Part shown: positions 25,121 to 34,769 of the stretch, piece by piece
How the letters are laid out: each line of letters begins with the position of its first letter
Numbering within the stretch: the stretch's first letter is position 1
IMG/VR virus record: IMGVR_UViG_3300042509_002617
Coordinates: 1 to 56,793 of that record
Origin: a virus
Lineage: Duplodnaviria > Caudoviricetes
Length of the DNA: 56,793 nt
Reading direction: 5' to 3' (one strand)
The notes under the pieces: generated by a model
Told to the model about the DNA's origin: nothing
The model's input: only the letters and a program-made list of their open reading frames with translations
Database searches by the model: none
Translations under genes and position numbers: made by a program

Positions 25121-25292
25121 GCACGATCCCGAGTGGATCCGGTGGATGAACGGCACCGCGGTCAAGCGTCTGGCGATGGCACACCGCATTCCCGAGATGC
25201 AGGCCCAACGGTGGCTCGACACGGCACGGACGGCGTTTCAGGGACGGACCACGGGCCCCGACTATAGGCCCCCACCAACGCAAAATCGGTGA
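25104..25292 (+). CDS. Hypothetical protein
   Basis: Last ORF before the terminator. Confidence 0.4.
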   Translation: MTVKPEHDPEWIRWMNGTAVKRLAMAHRIPEMQAQRWLDTARTAFQGRTTGPDYRPPPTQNR

Positions 25293-25350
25293 CCAGTGTT
25301 GTCGTCACTGGTTAAAAACTGTTGCAAAAGACCGACCGGTTTGGCAGACT
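25292..25350 (+). promoter_or_regulatory. Operator palindrome plus candidate late promoter
   Basis: ACCAGTGTT-GTC-GTCACTGGT, 9 nt, TTGCAA-17-CAGACT. Confidence 0.55.
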
Positions 25351-25375
25351 GAAGCCTTGACCGGTCGGGTTTTTT
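25332..25375 (+). terminator. Rho-independent terminator at the early/late boundary
   Basis: CCGACCGGT...ACCGGTCGG-G-T6. Confidence 0.65.
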
Positions 25376-25397
25376 CATTCTCGCGAGACGCCCCATC

Positions 25398-25607
25398 ATG
25401 CAACAGACCATCGTTGCCGCCCTGGAACGGGCGATTCTCAACCTGCTCCCAAAGCTCGAACCGCTGTTGCTTCAGGCCGCGCGGAACGTGGCGGTCGGCA
25501 TGATCAACGCAGCCAAGTCGCACTCGCTGCCGGACCGGTACAAGTGGGCCGAGCCCATCATCGATCAGGTCGGCGACCAGCTCTTGGCGGCAATCAATCA
25601 GCCCTGA
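25398..25607 (+). CDS. Hypothetical amphipathic protein
   Basis: First late ORF. Confidence 0.55.
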   Translation: MQQTIVAALERAILNLLPKLEPLLLQAARNVAVGMINAAKSHSLPDRYKWAEPIIDQVGDQLLAAINQP

Positions 25608-25611
25608 TGCG

Positions 25612-25833
25612 ATGGACCCCTACGCCGCCTGGCTTGTGGCGCAGGCCACAACGTCGCAGTCGGCAGCGGCTGAAACCCTCGCCCGGTTGATTCTGTCGAC
25701 CACGGCGGTCGGTCTGCTGATGGGGTTGGTTCTGGTGACGGTGTTTGCGGTTTGGATCTCGGTTCGGCTGAGGAGGATGGAACAGTGTCTCGAACGGATG
25801 CGGGAGAACCGCGAGTCGGAGCGGACCCGGTAA
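25612..25833 (+). CDS. Single-TM membrane protein (holin-like position)
   Basis: Strong TM segment and charged tail. Confidence 0.55.
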   Translation: MDPYAAWLVAQATTSQSAAAETLARLILSTTAVGLLMGLVLVTVFAVWISVRLRRMEQCLERMRENRESERTR

Positions 25834-25974
25834 ACCCGGGGATTCCGCCCGCCTCGATCAGCCTGATGTTGCGGTGGTGGAACTGGCTCTGGGGAACTGA
25901 GACGCCAGCCCCCGCGCCGGCACCGCCTCCCGAGCCCCCGCCACCTCGCCCCCCGGAACAGCCCGTCGCCATGC

Positions 25975-26466
25975 GTGGCGATATGTCTGGCGATGACTGG
26001 CCGTCCATCGTGCCATTCCACAGCGAGGGCCCCACCCGTGACTGCTGAACAGAGCATTCACCCGCCGATGCCAAGCGTGGCCCCAGTGCCGGGGGAGGAT
26101 ATCCGGTGGACGACTGCCAAGGCGTTGCTGGGGTGGGCCAGCACCCAAAACCCGCTGGTCGTGCTCTGCCTGATGATGCTGGGCCTCGCGGGGTACATGG
26201 CGCACTACTCGATCAACACCGCGATCCCCGCCCACCTGGAGTCGATCCAGAAGGGGTACGAGACGATCCAACACGAGCACGCAAAGGAACGCGAGCGTGC
26301 CGACCGCGAGCATCGTCAGCACTACGAGACACTGGCAACACAGATGCAGCAGACGGCCAAAGAGATCCGCGACGTGACCAAAGCGCAGGAGACCCTCATC
26401 CGCGAGTTCCTGTTGCCAGCCGGACGCAGGCCCGCGGGCGTCGGATCCCCCCGGGAGGCCGAATGA
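25975..26466 (+). CDS. Membrane protein with coiled coil (holin/spanin-like position)
   Basis: TM LVVLCLMMLGLAGY followed by coiled coil; start uncertain. Confidence 0.55.
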   Translation: MAICLAMTGRPSCHSTARAPPVTAEQSIHPPMPSVAPVPGEDIRWTTAKALLGWASTQNPLVVLCLMMLGLAGYMAHYSINTAIPAHLESIQKGYETIQHEHAKERERADREHRQHYETLATQMQQTAKEIRDVTKAQETLIREFLLPAGRRPAGVGSPREAE

Positions 26467-26942
26467 TGGCCACCTTGTTGCAACTGATCGCGTCCCTGGC
26501 CCAGTGGGTGATGCTGGCCCTCGGGGGCATCAACGCGACCCGGCTGAGCACACCCGACACGGAGGCCAGCCCCGGGGACTACGCGGCTTACGTTGGGGGG
26601 CCCTTGGCAGCGTCAGCGGTGAGCTGGATTGTGCGGCGGCTGACCAAGGCGATGAAGGCACCGGCCGACCCTGCGCCGGCTGCCGTCACTCCGAGCCCCC
26701 TCGGGGAGTTCCTGCGGGAGGTGTTCACCGCACCGCCTGGAATTACGGCGACCCCAGCTCCCCCCCTTGCGCCCGGAGCTGCTCCCCTTGTGCCGGTAGC
26801 TCCCCCTCTTGCGCCCCCGCCTCCCCCGGCCGACTGGTTGCATGCCGACGCGGGGCGGATCGTTGCTCGACTCACCCAGGAGGGCCGCATCAACGACGCC
26901 GAGCGGTTCCTCGGCTTGCTGAAGGAGACCGGCCATGAGTGA
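26463..26942 (+). CDS. Two-TM membrane protein with Pro-rich linker
   Basis: GGAGG RBS; two hydrophobic segments. Confidence 0.55.
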   Translation: MMATLLQLIASLAQWVMLALGGINATRLSTPDTEASPGDYAAYVGGPLAASAVSWIVRRLTKAMKAPADPAPAAVTPSPLGEFLREVFTAPPGITATPAPPLAPGAAPLVPVAPPLAPPPPPADWLHADAGRIVARLTQEGRINDAERFLGLLKETGHE

Positions 26943-27417
26943 GAGAAAACTCGGCCCCGTCGAGCTGGCGGTGTACGTCGTCTGCCTGATGCTGCTCGTG
27001 GTTGGCATGTCGCTGTTGTTTGCGGGCTGCGCCCCCGAGGGAGGGACCGCCAAGGCCCGCAAGATTCAACCCCAGGAGCACAGCGACGACCCCAAGCCCC
27101 CGGATCCCGAGCCCCAGCGGAAACGGTCGGTGACCCCGGCCGAGTTCCGGTCGCCACAGGCCAAGCGGATCGACGCGGCGTTCGAATCGTACAGGCTGGG
27201 GATGGGCAAGGGGTGGCGGGATGCGGCCAATCAACAGCCCCCTGCCAAGTCGTGGGACGAAGCCTATGCCCGCGTGAAACGCAACAACTTCGCCGAGCGG
27301 GAGGCAGCGTTTGCCCCGTTCGCGGAGGACCTGGACAAGCTGACCGAGGGGAAGCAGTTCTCGCCCGAGCTGTTCCGCGAGATTGCCGACACCGTCGCCA
27401 AGGCCCTGGAGGAGTGA
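26935..27417 (+). CDS. Putative lipoprotein
   Basis: Hydrophobic signal ending in lipobox-like LFAGC. Confidence 0.6.
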   Translation: MSERKLGPVELAVYVVCLMLLVVGMSLLFAGCAPEGGTAKARKIQPQEHSDDPKPPDPEPQRKRSVTPAEFRSPQAKRIDAAFESYRLGMGKGWRDAANQQPPAKSWDEAYARVKRNNFAEREAAFAPFAEDLDKLTEGKQFSPELFREIADTVAKALEE

Positions 27418-27418
27418 C

Positions 27419-28303
27419 ATGAGTCTCGACGCAGTGGCCCCCCTCCCCCCGGGTCTCGGTCTGGGGTGGAACGCGGAGGCCGAACAGCGACACACCCAGG
27501 CCCTCTCGCGTCTCGAGCGCCCGCTGGTCTCGGTCTCGGACACCGTCCGTCTCCCCCGCGAGTTGTGTCTGCGTCACTGGATGGAACTGGAGTTTCAGGG
27601 GGAGGTCCCCCAGTGTGCTGGAGCGGCGGTCACCCATGCGGCGCAGGCCCATGCGTGGGTGGTCGAGGGGCTCGACACGACCCAGCAGTCAATCGATCTG
27701 TCGATGAGCTTCAGTTGGCTGGCGGGCCGTGCTCTCGATGGCACCAGCCCGGCGGAGTACGACGCGGGCGCCACGATCTCGGGCGTGTGCCTCGCGGCCC
27801 ACACCACGGGCATGGTCACGGAGCAGCAGTTCCCATCGATCAAAGACCGGCGGCAGTGGAACGCCAGACAGCTGGCGGTGCTGAATCCGTCGAGTCTCGG
27901 CCAGTACTCGGCAATGCGAATCCGCGGACAAGCCCCGGTGCAATCGGCCGACCATGCGGAAGTGGTCATGGGGACCGGGCAGGGGTTTATCGTGTTCGGC
28001 GTGATGTGGAATGAGGGGTGGGCCTCGGTTGGCGACAAACCGATCGAGTCGATTCCCGGGGGTCGCAGTTACGGTGGTCATGCCCTCGCGCTGCTGGGGT
28101 ACACCCGGACGCACAGCGGGACCCTGTACCTGACGATCGCCAACAGCCACGGCCCGCGGTGGGGCCAGGGTGGATACCAGCGCATCCGGGCCGATCTCTG
28201 GTGGCAGATCATGCAGACCAGTCCGTTCGGTGCCCGCGTGCTGAGTGTCACGGATGAATTTTTCATTCGGCCGTTTCGAGGCTGGAAAGGAGTGCAAGGA
28301 TGA
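27419..28303 (+). CDS. Papain-like (C1) cysteine peptidase
   Basis: QG...QCAG (Gln/Cys), GGHAL..LGY (His), ANSHG.RWG..GY (Asn). Confidence 0.85.
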   Translation: MSLDAVAPLPPGLGLGWNAEAEQRHTQALSRLERPLVSVSDTVRLPRELCLRHWMELEFQGEVPQCAGAAVTHAAQAHAWVVEGLDTTQQSIDLSMSFSWLAGRALDGTSPAEYDAGATISGVCLAAHTTGMVTEQQFPSIKDRRQWNARQLAVLNPSSLGQYSAMRIRGQAPVQSADHAEVVMGTGQGFIVFGVMWNEGWASVGDKPIESIPGGRSYGGHALALLGYTRTHSGTLYLTIANSHGPRWGQGGYQRIRADLWWQIMQTSPFGARVLSVTDEFFIRPFRGWKGVQG

Positions 28304-29130
28304 GATCGAGAGCGTGGAGCGTGTACCAAACGGCCATGTACCTCGGGGCGCTGGAGTGGATCTTGCTGGCGGGAATCATCGCGTGGGCCTGCGTGGGCTA
28401 CTGCGTGACGACCGAGGCCGCTCCCCCATTTTCGATTGCGAGCGAAGAGGCACCACCGATCAGTGGGACGAGGCAAGGAGTCGAACAGGCCACCGGAACG
28501 CCGCCACAGGATGTCGCGGTGACGAAGGACCTGCGTCCCCTGATCGTGGTGTACTCGAGCGCGAATTGCCCCGCCTGTGTCAGGTGGTCGACCTGGTGGC
28601 GAGAAAACCAGCGGGCCAGTCCGTTTCGGTTTGAGGTGTTGCCGACACCGGGGTGGGTGACCAGCTTCCCGGCGTTCCATTTCCAAAAACAGGATGGAAC
28701 ATGGGCGGTGGTCTATGGATGGAATGGGATCGATCCACTCCGGGCAGCCTGGCAGGCAAACAATCCTCGATGGGAGCCGGGGCCGGTTGACCAGACCGTG
28801 GGGGCCCCCGACCTGCAGGAGATCCTGCCTGTGGTGCAGCGGTTCGCGGGGAAGACTGGCAGATTCACGTTCGAGCCGGATTCGCCGGTCGACGCCCAAA
28901 TCAAGGACGGTCTGACCATCCGGTACCAATCGATCTCCGGCCGCTACGACGCCTCAGGTGAGCGACCGCGGGTTGTGTTTGACCAGCCGGTCCCGTCCGG
29001 CACCGTGACGGTCCCCTACACCCTTGGCGCGTGGCGGGTCGGCTACAAGGTCGAGTCGGCCACCCTGGAGCCCGGAGCAGTCGTCGTCGACACCAACCTG
29101 AAACGTGTGCGGATCGCCCTGGAGGACTGA
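28300..29130 (+). CDS. Membrane-anchored thioredoxin-fold protein
   Basis: N-terminal TM; VYSSANCPAC..W; VTSFP.F. Confidence 0.7.
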   Translation: MRSRAWSVYQTAMYLGALEWILLAGIIAWACVGYCVTTEAAPPFSIASEEAPPISGTRQGVEQATGTPPQDVAVTKDLRPLIVVYSSANCPACVRWSTWWRENQRASPFRFEVLPTPGWVTSFPAFHFQKQDGTWAVVYGWNGIDPLRAAWQANNPRWEPGPVDQTVGAPDLQEILPVVQRFAGKTGRFTFEPDSPVDAQIKDGLTIRYQSISGRYDASGERPRVVFDQPVPSGTVTVPYTLGAWRVGYKVESATLEPGAVVVDTNLKRVRIALED

Positions 29131-29558
29131 TGTCGAACCAACCAACCAACACCACCCAGCTCGCGGCGGTCATCCGGCAGGATGCTCCCGAGTCGATCCT
29201 GAAGTACGTCACCGAGGAGCAGCTCAACCGGATTGCCGGTCTGGTCGCTCATCACGGGGCGAGAGTCGAGGCGTCCGGCGAGTTCAACGGCAGCGGAACG
29301 AACACGGCGCAGGAACGCCGTCGCCAACGCCGAGCCCTGCGGAAGCGGGTGAAGGCCGACACCGTCGGATTCGGGATCGGGTCGGTCGTGCTGATGGCGG
29401 TCATCTCGTGGTGCGTGCAGCGGTTCCTCGACTGGTGCTGGACCAACCGGGACCGGGCTCAGGCCTGCGCCGCGATCGGGCAGCAGCTTCCTCCATGGGG
29501 CGACGAGGACCGGGCCGCTGTGGCAGCGGTCGGAACCGACGACGATGACGGTGATTGA
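29130..29558 (+). CDS. Hypothetical membrane protein
   Basis: GGAGG RBS; one TM segment. Confidence 0.55.
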   Translation: MSNQPTNTTQLAAVIRQDAPESILKYVTEEQLNRIAGLVAHHGARVEASGEFNGSGTNTAQERRRQRRALRKRVKADTVGFGIGSVVLMAVISWCVQRFLDWCWTNRDRAQACAAIGQQLPPWGDEDRAAVAAVGTDDDDGD

Positions 29559-29803
29559 TGGCGATGCCGATGGACTTCTGCGTGGTGTTGATCCCCCCGA
29601 GCGGCAAGGGCCGTGTGTACGAGGAGATCAGCACCAGCGCGTGGACGATCGCGGCCAACCTCGCACTGCTGGAGCACCCGGGGCACACCGTCGAGACGAT
29701 CTACGAGCACTCGGTCAGCCCTGTGGGGCAGTGCGCGATTTGCGGCCAGTGGCAGCAGCAGTTTTCCGACGCCCGACGGAGGATCTGCCGTGACTGCCGG
29801 TGA
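29555..29803 (+). CDS. Zinc-ribbon hypothetical protein
   Basis: CAIC...CRDC. Confidence 0.45.
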   Translation: MMAMPMDFCVVLIPPSGKGRVYEEISTSAWTIAANLALLEHPGHTVETIYEHSVSPVGQCAICGQWQQQFSDARRRICRDCR

Positions 29804-30071
29804 GACGCAGACCGTAGTACTCCGCGATCCGCTCGCAGATTTCGGCAGACGGCCGGGTCGACGGCTTGTAGGCGAGTCGGCAGAGGACCGGGTAGGAGAC
29901 CCCAATCAGTTTGGCCAGGCCGTTGAACGACTGCCCCCCAATTTTGGGATCCAGACTGTCCGCCAAGGCCTGCAGCAGGGGGCCCATGATCGGTCCGGTC
30001 TGCAATCGCATTTCATGCAAGGTCTCGTCATCAAGGGCGGAAACGGGGCCGGTGTGAAGAACGCGGGGCAT
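29715..30071 (-). CDS. XRE-family HTH transcriptional regulator
   Basis: SFNGLAKLIGVSYPVLCRL...RPSAEICERIAEYYG; GGAG RBS. Confidence 0.7.
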   Translation of the reverse strand: MPRVLHTGPVSALDDETLHEMRLQTGPIMGPLLQALADSLDPKIGGQSFNGLAKLIGVSYPVLCRLAYKPSTRPSAEICERIAEYYGLRLTGSHGRSSVGRRKTAAATGRKSRTAPQG

Positions 30072-30135
30072 CAAATCTCCTGTGTGCAATTGAACGAGCC
30101 CGAATAATTGTACGGCCACAACCCCGAAACGCAAC

Positions 30136-30609
30136 ATGCCTAAACCGACCGCCCAAGAAATCTCCCGCCGAGTGAATGAAATCTGCGAGATGATGCGCGG
30201 TGGGTGTACCCTCGGGCAGATTCGCCAGCATCTGAAGAAGGCGTACAGGATCACCACCCGTTCATGCGACAGATACCTGTCTCGCGCGCGAGCTCGAATC
30301 TACCACGCCACCAAGCGGACCGATGACGATCTGCGTGCTGAGTCGCTGGCGTTCTACGAGGGGGTGCGGGCGGACCTCGACCAGCACATCCAGTGGCGGC
30401 TGAAGGCACAGGAGCGGCTGGATTCCCTGATGGCCCTGGACAAACCGAAGAAGGTCGCCCTCACCGACGCGAACGGCGGGCCCGCGACGATACGGCTTCA
30501 GGCGGACCAGTTGGAGAAGACCGATCCAGATGTGTTGGCTCAGCTCTCGGCGGCGTTCGATCAGTTGCAGAAAATCGGAGTGGAACAGGCCGCCGGGGAG
30601 CAGGGCTGA
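30136..30609 (+). CDS. terS: Terminase small subunit
   Basis: N-terminal HTH-like region, C-terminal T..NGGP motif; directly upstream of TerL. Confidence 0.7.
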   Translation: MPKPTAQEISRRVNEICEMMRGGCTLGQIRQHLKKAYRITTRSCDRYLSRARARIYHATKRTDDDLRAESLAFYEGVRADLDQHIQWRLKAQERLDSLMALDKPKKVALTDANGGPATIRLQADQLEKTDPDVLAQLSAAFDQLQKIGVEQAAGEQG

Positions 30610-32297
30610 TGGCCACGACGGCGCTGTCACCCCAGCAGATTCAGGAGTTGGCCCCGCAACTGGCAGGAGCCAAGCTGGCTCACGTGCGGAACCTCGCACG
30701 GCAGGGAGACGTTCTGCCGTTCATCGCGTTCCAGTGGCCTGGTGTGCTGCTCGATGACTTCCAGCGCGACGCAATCGCCAGTCTGTTCGATCCGACGATG
30801 AAGCGAGTGTTCCTCAAGGGCAACACCGGTTGTGGCAAGTCGTGCATCGCGGGCCTGTCGGTTTGCATCTGGTTTTCGATCTGGCCGGACGCGAAGGCGA
30901 TCCTCACGAGCAGCACGTTCGACCATGCGTCGGGCGTGCTCTTCGCCGAGGTCGCCCAGTGGTACAAGTCCATGCGGGTCCCCCCCGGTGACAAACTGTG
31001 GGCGGCAGGCATTGGGGACGCGGCGGACCAAAGGTATGTCGAAGTGATCAACCCCGGAAACGACGAGGCGTTCTCGGGTCGTCACGGTGAGCATGTGCTG
31101 TTCGTGTTCGACGAGGCGACCGGCATCCCTGACAGCAAATGGAGGCTGTCGAAGACGCAGTACACGAAGTTCCTCGCCCAGGCGAACCCTCGAACTCTGT
31201 CGGGGGCCTTCCGGCAGGCATTCCCTCTCGATGATCCCGATTCCTGCGTGACCCGGCTGACCCCCGAGGGGAAGTCGCGGTTCATCACGATCTCGGGGCA
31301 GGACTGCATGAACGTCCGGCTCAAGCGGCTGGACACACCCCTCGCTCCGCCGGGAGGCGTGGAGGCCGAGGGCCGGCGCTACCAGCACGGGGAGACGATC
31401 CCGCCCGAGGTGTACCAGCAGCATTTCCGGCCGATCATCCCCGGCCAAATCTGCTACGACCAGTTTCTCTCGCTGTGTGCGACCGCGGATCCCCGGTGGG
31501 TCGGCGTGTTTGCCCATGGTCGGTTCCCGTCGGAGAACCCAGACACCCAGCTGGTCTTGGCGAGCTGGCTGCGGCGTGCGTACGACGCATGGGGGCGATA
31601 CAGCCAGCTCTGCGAGCGGATCGCAGGGCGGCCCGGCCTGGTGCGTCTGCTGCGGCGTCTGATCCCGGTGACGGCGTTCGGTCTCGACGTGGCGGCCAGT
31701 TCGCACGGGGACGCCTCAGTCCTGACCGCCGGGGCCAATCGCGGCATCCTGCGGCAGCATGTCACCCGCTACGCCTCGACGATGGACACGGTGGGTTGGG
31801 TGATCCGCACCGCCAAGACCGAGCACGGCGTTGATCTGACCACAGGGGAGGTCCCTGTCGCGGTGGACGTCGACGGTCTGGGGAAGGGGGTCGCGGATCG
31901 CCTGCGAGAGCAGCGGGTGCGGGTCATCGAGTGCCGGGGGAACGATTCCCCGAGCGACCCGAAACGGTTCGCCAACCGTCGCGCCGAGCGGTACTCGGAC
32001 ATTGGCGACCGGCTCAACCCCGAGGGGCCACTGGGGACCACCGTCTTCTGGCTCCCCGAGGATCCCGAGCTGGGGCAAGAGCTGTGTGCGGTCGAGCGGG
32101 TGTATCAGGGGTCGGACGGATTCAAGTTCGCGGTGACCCCCAAGCGGAAGGCCCCCGGCAGCAGCTACGAGGGGCCGACGGTGGAGGGGAAGATCGGCCG
32201 GTCTCCGGATAAGGGGGACTCGGCCGCCTATTGCCTGGAGGCCATCCTTCACGCGGGTCGTGGGAACCTGGTGGGGTGGCTCGATGTTCTCGGGTGA
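30609..32297 (+). CDS. terL: Terminase large subunit
   Basis: GNTGCGKS Walker A, FVFDEA Walker B, GLDVA and SPDKGD nuclease motifs. Confidence 0.92.
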   Translation: MATTALSPQQIQELAPQLAGAKLAHVRNLARQGDVLPFIAFQWPGVLLDDFQRDAIASLFDPTMKRVFLKGNTGCGKSCIAGLSVCIWFSIWPDAKAILTSSTFDHASGVLFAEVAQWYKSMRVPPGDKLWAAGIGDAADQRYVEVINPGNDEAFSGRHGEHVLFVFDEATGIPDSKWRLSKTQYTKFLAQANPRTLSGAFRQAFPLDDPDSCVTRLTPEGKSRFITISGQDCMNVRLKRLDTPLAPPGGVEAEGRRYQHGETIPPEVYQQHFRPIIPGQICYDQFLSLCATADPRWVGVFAHGRFPSENPDTQLVLASWLRRAYDAWGRYSQLCERIAGRPGLVRLLRRLIPVTAFGLDVAASSHGDASVLTAGANRGILRQHVTRYASTMDTVGWVIRTAKTEHGVDLTTGEVPVAVDVDGLGKGVADRLREQRVRVIECRGNDSPSDPKRFANRRAERYSDIGDRLNPEGPLGTTVFWLPEDPELGQELCAVERVYQGSDGFKFAVTPKRKAPGSSYEGPTVEGKIGRSPDKGDSAAYCLEAILHAGRGNLVGWLDVLG

Positions 32298-32310
32298 GGA
32301 GCGGCGGAGC

Positions 32311-32523
32311 ATGGCGGTGATTCATGACGACTACGGGAATCAGGTGGTGCACATCTCGCACCGCCAGACGGTGTATCACGTGAGCCTCGCGGGCGACCAA
32401 GAGTCGGCCGTCTGTCTGGAGACCAGCCAGCGGGTGGAGGGCCGCAGCCGGGCCGAGTGCCTGCAGAAGATGGCGGCGTTGATTGACCAGCGTCCGTGCA
32501 GCAGTCTGGGGGTGTGCGGATGA
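32311..32523 (+). CDS. Hypothetical protein
   Basis: GGAG RBS. Confidence 0.45.
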   Translation: MAVIHDDYGNQVVHISHRQTVYHVSLAGDQESAVCLETSQRVEGRSRAECLQKMAALIDQRPCSSLGVCG

Positions 32524-33047
32524 CTGGCGTTCCTGCCGCGTTGCGCGGCCCAAAAGAACTACTGCGGGGGCAACGGCACCTCCCCGAGGATCTGCGGCAG
32601 TCGGTCGTGTTGCTCACGTTCCGCGAGCCCCTGCCGCGGTACGTGGTGTCCCAGTTCCTGCGGATCCATCTGCAGCGGGTGCAGCTCGAACGCGGCGAGG
32701 CGTCGGCCTACTTGCCGGAGGTGTTCCAACCACATCGTGTCGGGCCCAAGCCCTGCCCGAAGTGCGGCAACATCATGCACCCCATGAGCGAATCATGGTC
32801 GAAGTGCGCCAACCCGGCGTGTGAGCTGTTTACCAAACGGGTCATGCACGGCCCCCTGATCGGCGTGGTCAACGTGCTGACCTGGACCGACTCGGTCGTC
32901 GGCCACACGGCGACCGGCGAAGAGCTGGTGAAGAACTGCGGGCTGGTCATGGATCGGCGGTACGACGAAACGACACTGGCGGCGGTCTACCGCACTGCCG
33001 AGGCCCTCGCGGAATTTCTGGAGCGCCCCCTTGCAAACCCTGCGTAA
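32520..33047 (+). CDS. Zinc-ribbon hypothetical protein
   Basis: CPKCG..M......KC.NP.C. Confidence 0.5.
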   Translation: MTGVPAALRGPKELLRGQRHLPEDLRQSVVLLTFREPLPRYVVSQFLRIHLQRVQLERGEASAYLPEVFQPHRVGPKPCPKCGNIMHPMSESWSKCANPACELFTKRVMHGPLIGVVNVLTWTDSVVGHTATGEELVKNCGLVMDRRYDETTLAAVYRTAEALAEFLERPLANPA

Positions 33048-33255
33048 GCGAATCTGGACGTGGTGGCACACCCGCCGGCGGCTGTGTGAAGAGCTGGCCG
33101 TCGAGCGGCAGCGGTGCCGACTACTGGAGGAGGAGATCGACCACCTGCGGCGGATCCTCACACTGCACACGGACCGGGTCGACTGTGACACCTGGCACCA
33201 ACGTGCGTGGGGGGCCCAGGCCAAACTCACCGTGCAGGATCTGTCACAGCGTTGA
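33031..33255 (+). CDS. Hypothetical coiled-coil protein
   Basis: Short ORF before the portal. Confidence 0.35.
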   Translation: MQTLRKRIWTWWHTRRRLCEELAVERQRCRLLEEEIDHLRRILTLHTDRVDCDTWHQRAWGAQAKLTVQDLSQR

Positions 33256-33320
33256 ATCAATCTCGCACCAGTGTTGGCAAAACTGTATCCTGAGCCCACC
33301 CAGTCCCAGGAGTGACCGCG

Positions 33321-34769
33321 ATGCCCAGCTTCCTCGACACCTTCCAGCCGTTCCCGGCCGTCGCCCAGGCTGCGCCCGCCTCCCCGGTGCTGACGGCCCT
33401 GACGACCCTCGACCCCGTGCAGCGGAACATCCGCAACACGATCCGCACGGCCCGGGAGCAGGTGTTTCACTTCACCGAGTGGAACTATGTGTCGATTGAC
33501 TGGCTGGCGTGGCGGTTCTCGCAGCTCTGCCCGTACTTCGGGTCGGTCTCCGCCCCCCGGACTCGGCAGCGTTTCAGTTTGAGTGAACTGCAACACCTGC
33601 GGCAACACTACCCCCGGGTCATGCGGCAGGCGATGGCGTACGGGCACGACACCCCCGAGCCCCTGGAGGCGTCGCACCCCATCGTCCAGCTGTTCGAGAA
33701 CGTCAACCAGATCGACTGGTATCAGGCATTCGCGTACGAGCTGATGATGTGGCTGGAGTTGACCGGCCGGTGTTACATCTGGATGACCAACTCGGCTGTT
33801 CCGTCGCGGAACGGGCGAGGGTACATCCCGGCCGAGATGCACATCGTGCCGACCACCTGGATTGAGCCGTACGTCGACAAACCCGGCATGCCCCAGACCG
33901 GTTGGGTGATCACGCCTGAGGGGGATTACACCCGCAGGGAAATTGTCGCGCTCGAGGATGTGGAGTTCCTGCGGTACAAGTCCCCGCTCTCGAAATGGGA
34001 CGGCTTCTCGCCATTGCAGGGCGGATCGCGGTGGACCGAAAATGCCGAGTCGATCGAGATGTCCCGCCAGATGCAATTCCGCAACGGCGGCAACCCTGAT
34101 GTGCTGGTCGAGCTGGACGGCGAGGTCCACAGCAACCCGAGCCGCGAAGTGATCGACCGGGTCAAGGAAATGGTCATGCAGCGGACCAGCGGTCTGCGGC
34201 GGACCGGCGAGCCCCTGATCAGCCCACCCGGGATGAAGTACTCGAAGTGGAGCAACACCCCCCGGGAGATGGACTACGAGACGTCCGCGACCCAGGCCCG
34301 GGACGCGGTGTTGGCTCTGCGTGGGACTCCCAAGGTGTTGTTCGGCATCACCGAGGACGTCAACCGCGCCAGCATCGAGGGGGCGAACATCATCGCGGGG
34401 CAGAACCTCGACCCGAAGGCGGCCTACATTGCGGGGTTCTTTCATGAGCGGATTCTGTCGCGGTTCGGGCAGGGGTTCTGCATGTGGTTCGATTCGGCGG
34501 TGCCGAAGGACGCGGCTGAAAAGCGAGCCGAGCAACAGTTTCAGTTTGCGTGCGGGGCGCTCTCGCCGGATGAGATTCGCATCGCGGCGGGGATGGAGCC
34601 GTTCGAAAGTCCGGCATCCCAGTCCGGCTACCTCCCGAGCGGCCTGATGCCACTCGACCCCGAGGCGATGCCTGAGCCGCCGCCCGATGAGCCCGGGGCC
34701 GACACCGGGGAAGACCCGCCCGAGGATCCTGAGGACACCGAGGACACTGACCCCCAGGAGGATGCGTGA
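33321..34769 (+). CDS. Portal protein (HK97-like)
   Basis: HP..QL...N, LELTG..Y, G.SPL, G.P..L.G....NRA, SPDE.R. Confidence 0.9.
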   Translation: MPSFLDTFQPFPAVAQAAPASPVLTALTTLDPVQRNIRNTIRTAREQVFHFTEWNYVSIDWLAWRFSQLCPYFGSVSAPRTRQRFSLSELQHLRQHYPRVMRQAMAYGHDTPEPLEASHPIVQLFENVNQIDWYQAFAYELMMWLELTGRCYIWMTNSAVPSRNGRGYIPAEMHIVPTTWIEPYVDKPGMPQTGWVITPEGDYTRREIVALEDVEFLRYKSPLSKWDGFSPLQGGSRWTENAESIEMSRQMQFRNGGNPDVLVELDGEVHSNPSREVIDRVKEMVMQRTSGLRRTGEPLISPPGMKYSKWSNTPREMDYETSATQARDAVLALRGTPKVLFGITEDVNRASIEGANIIAGQNLDPKAAYIAGFFHERILSRFGQGFCMWFDSAVPKDAAEKRAEQQFQFACGALSPDEIRIAAGMEPFESPASQSGYLPSGLMPLDPEAMPEPPPDEPGADTGEDPPEDPEDTEDTDPQEDA

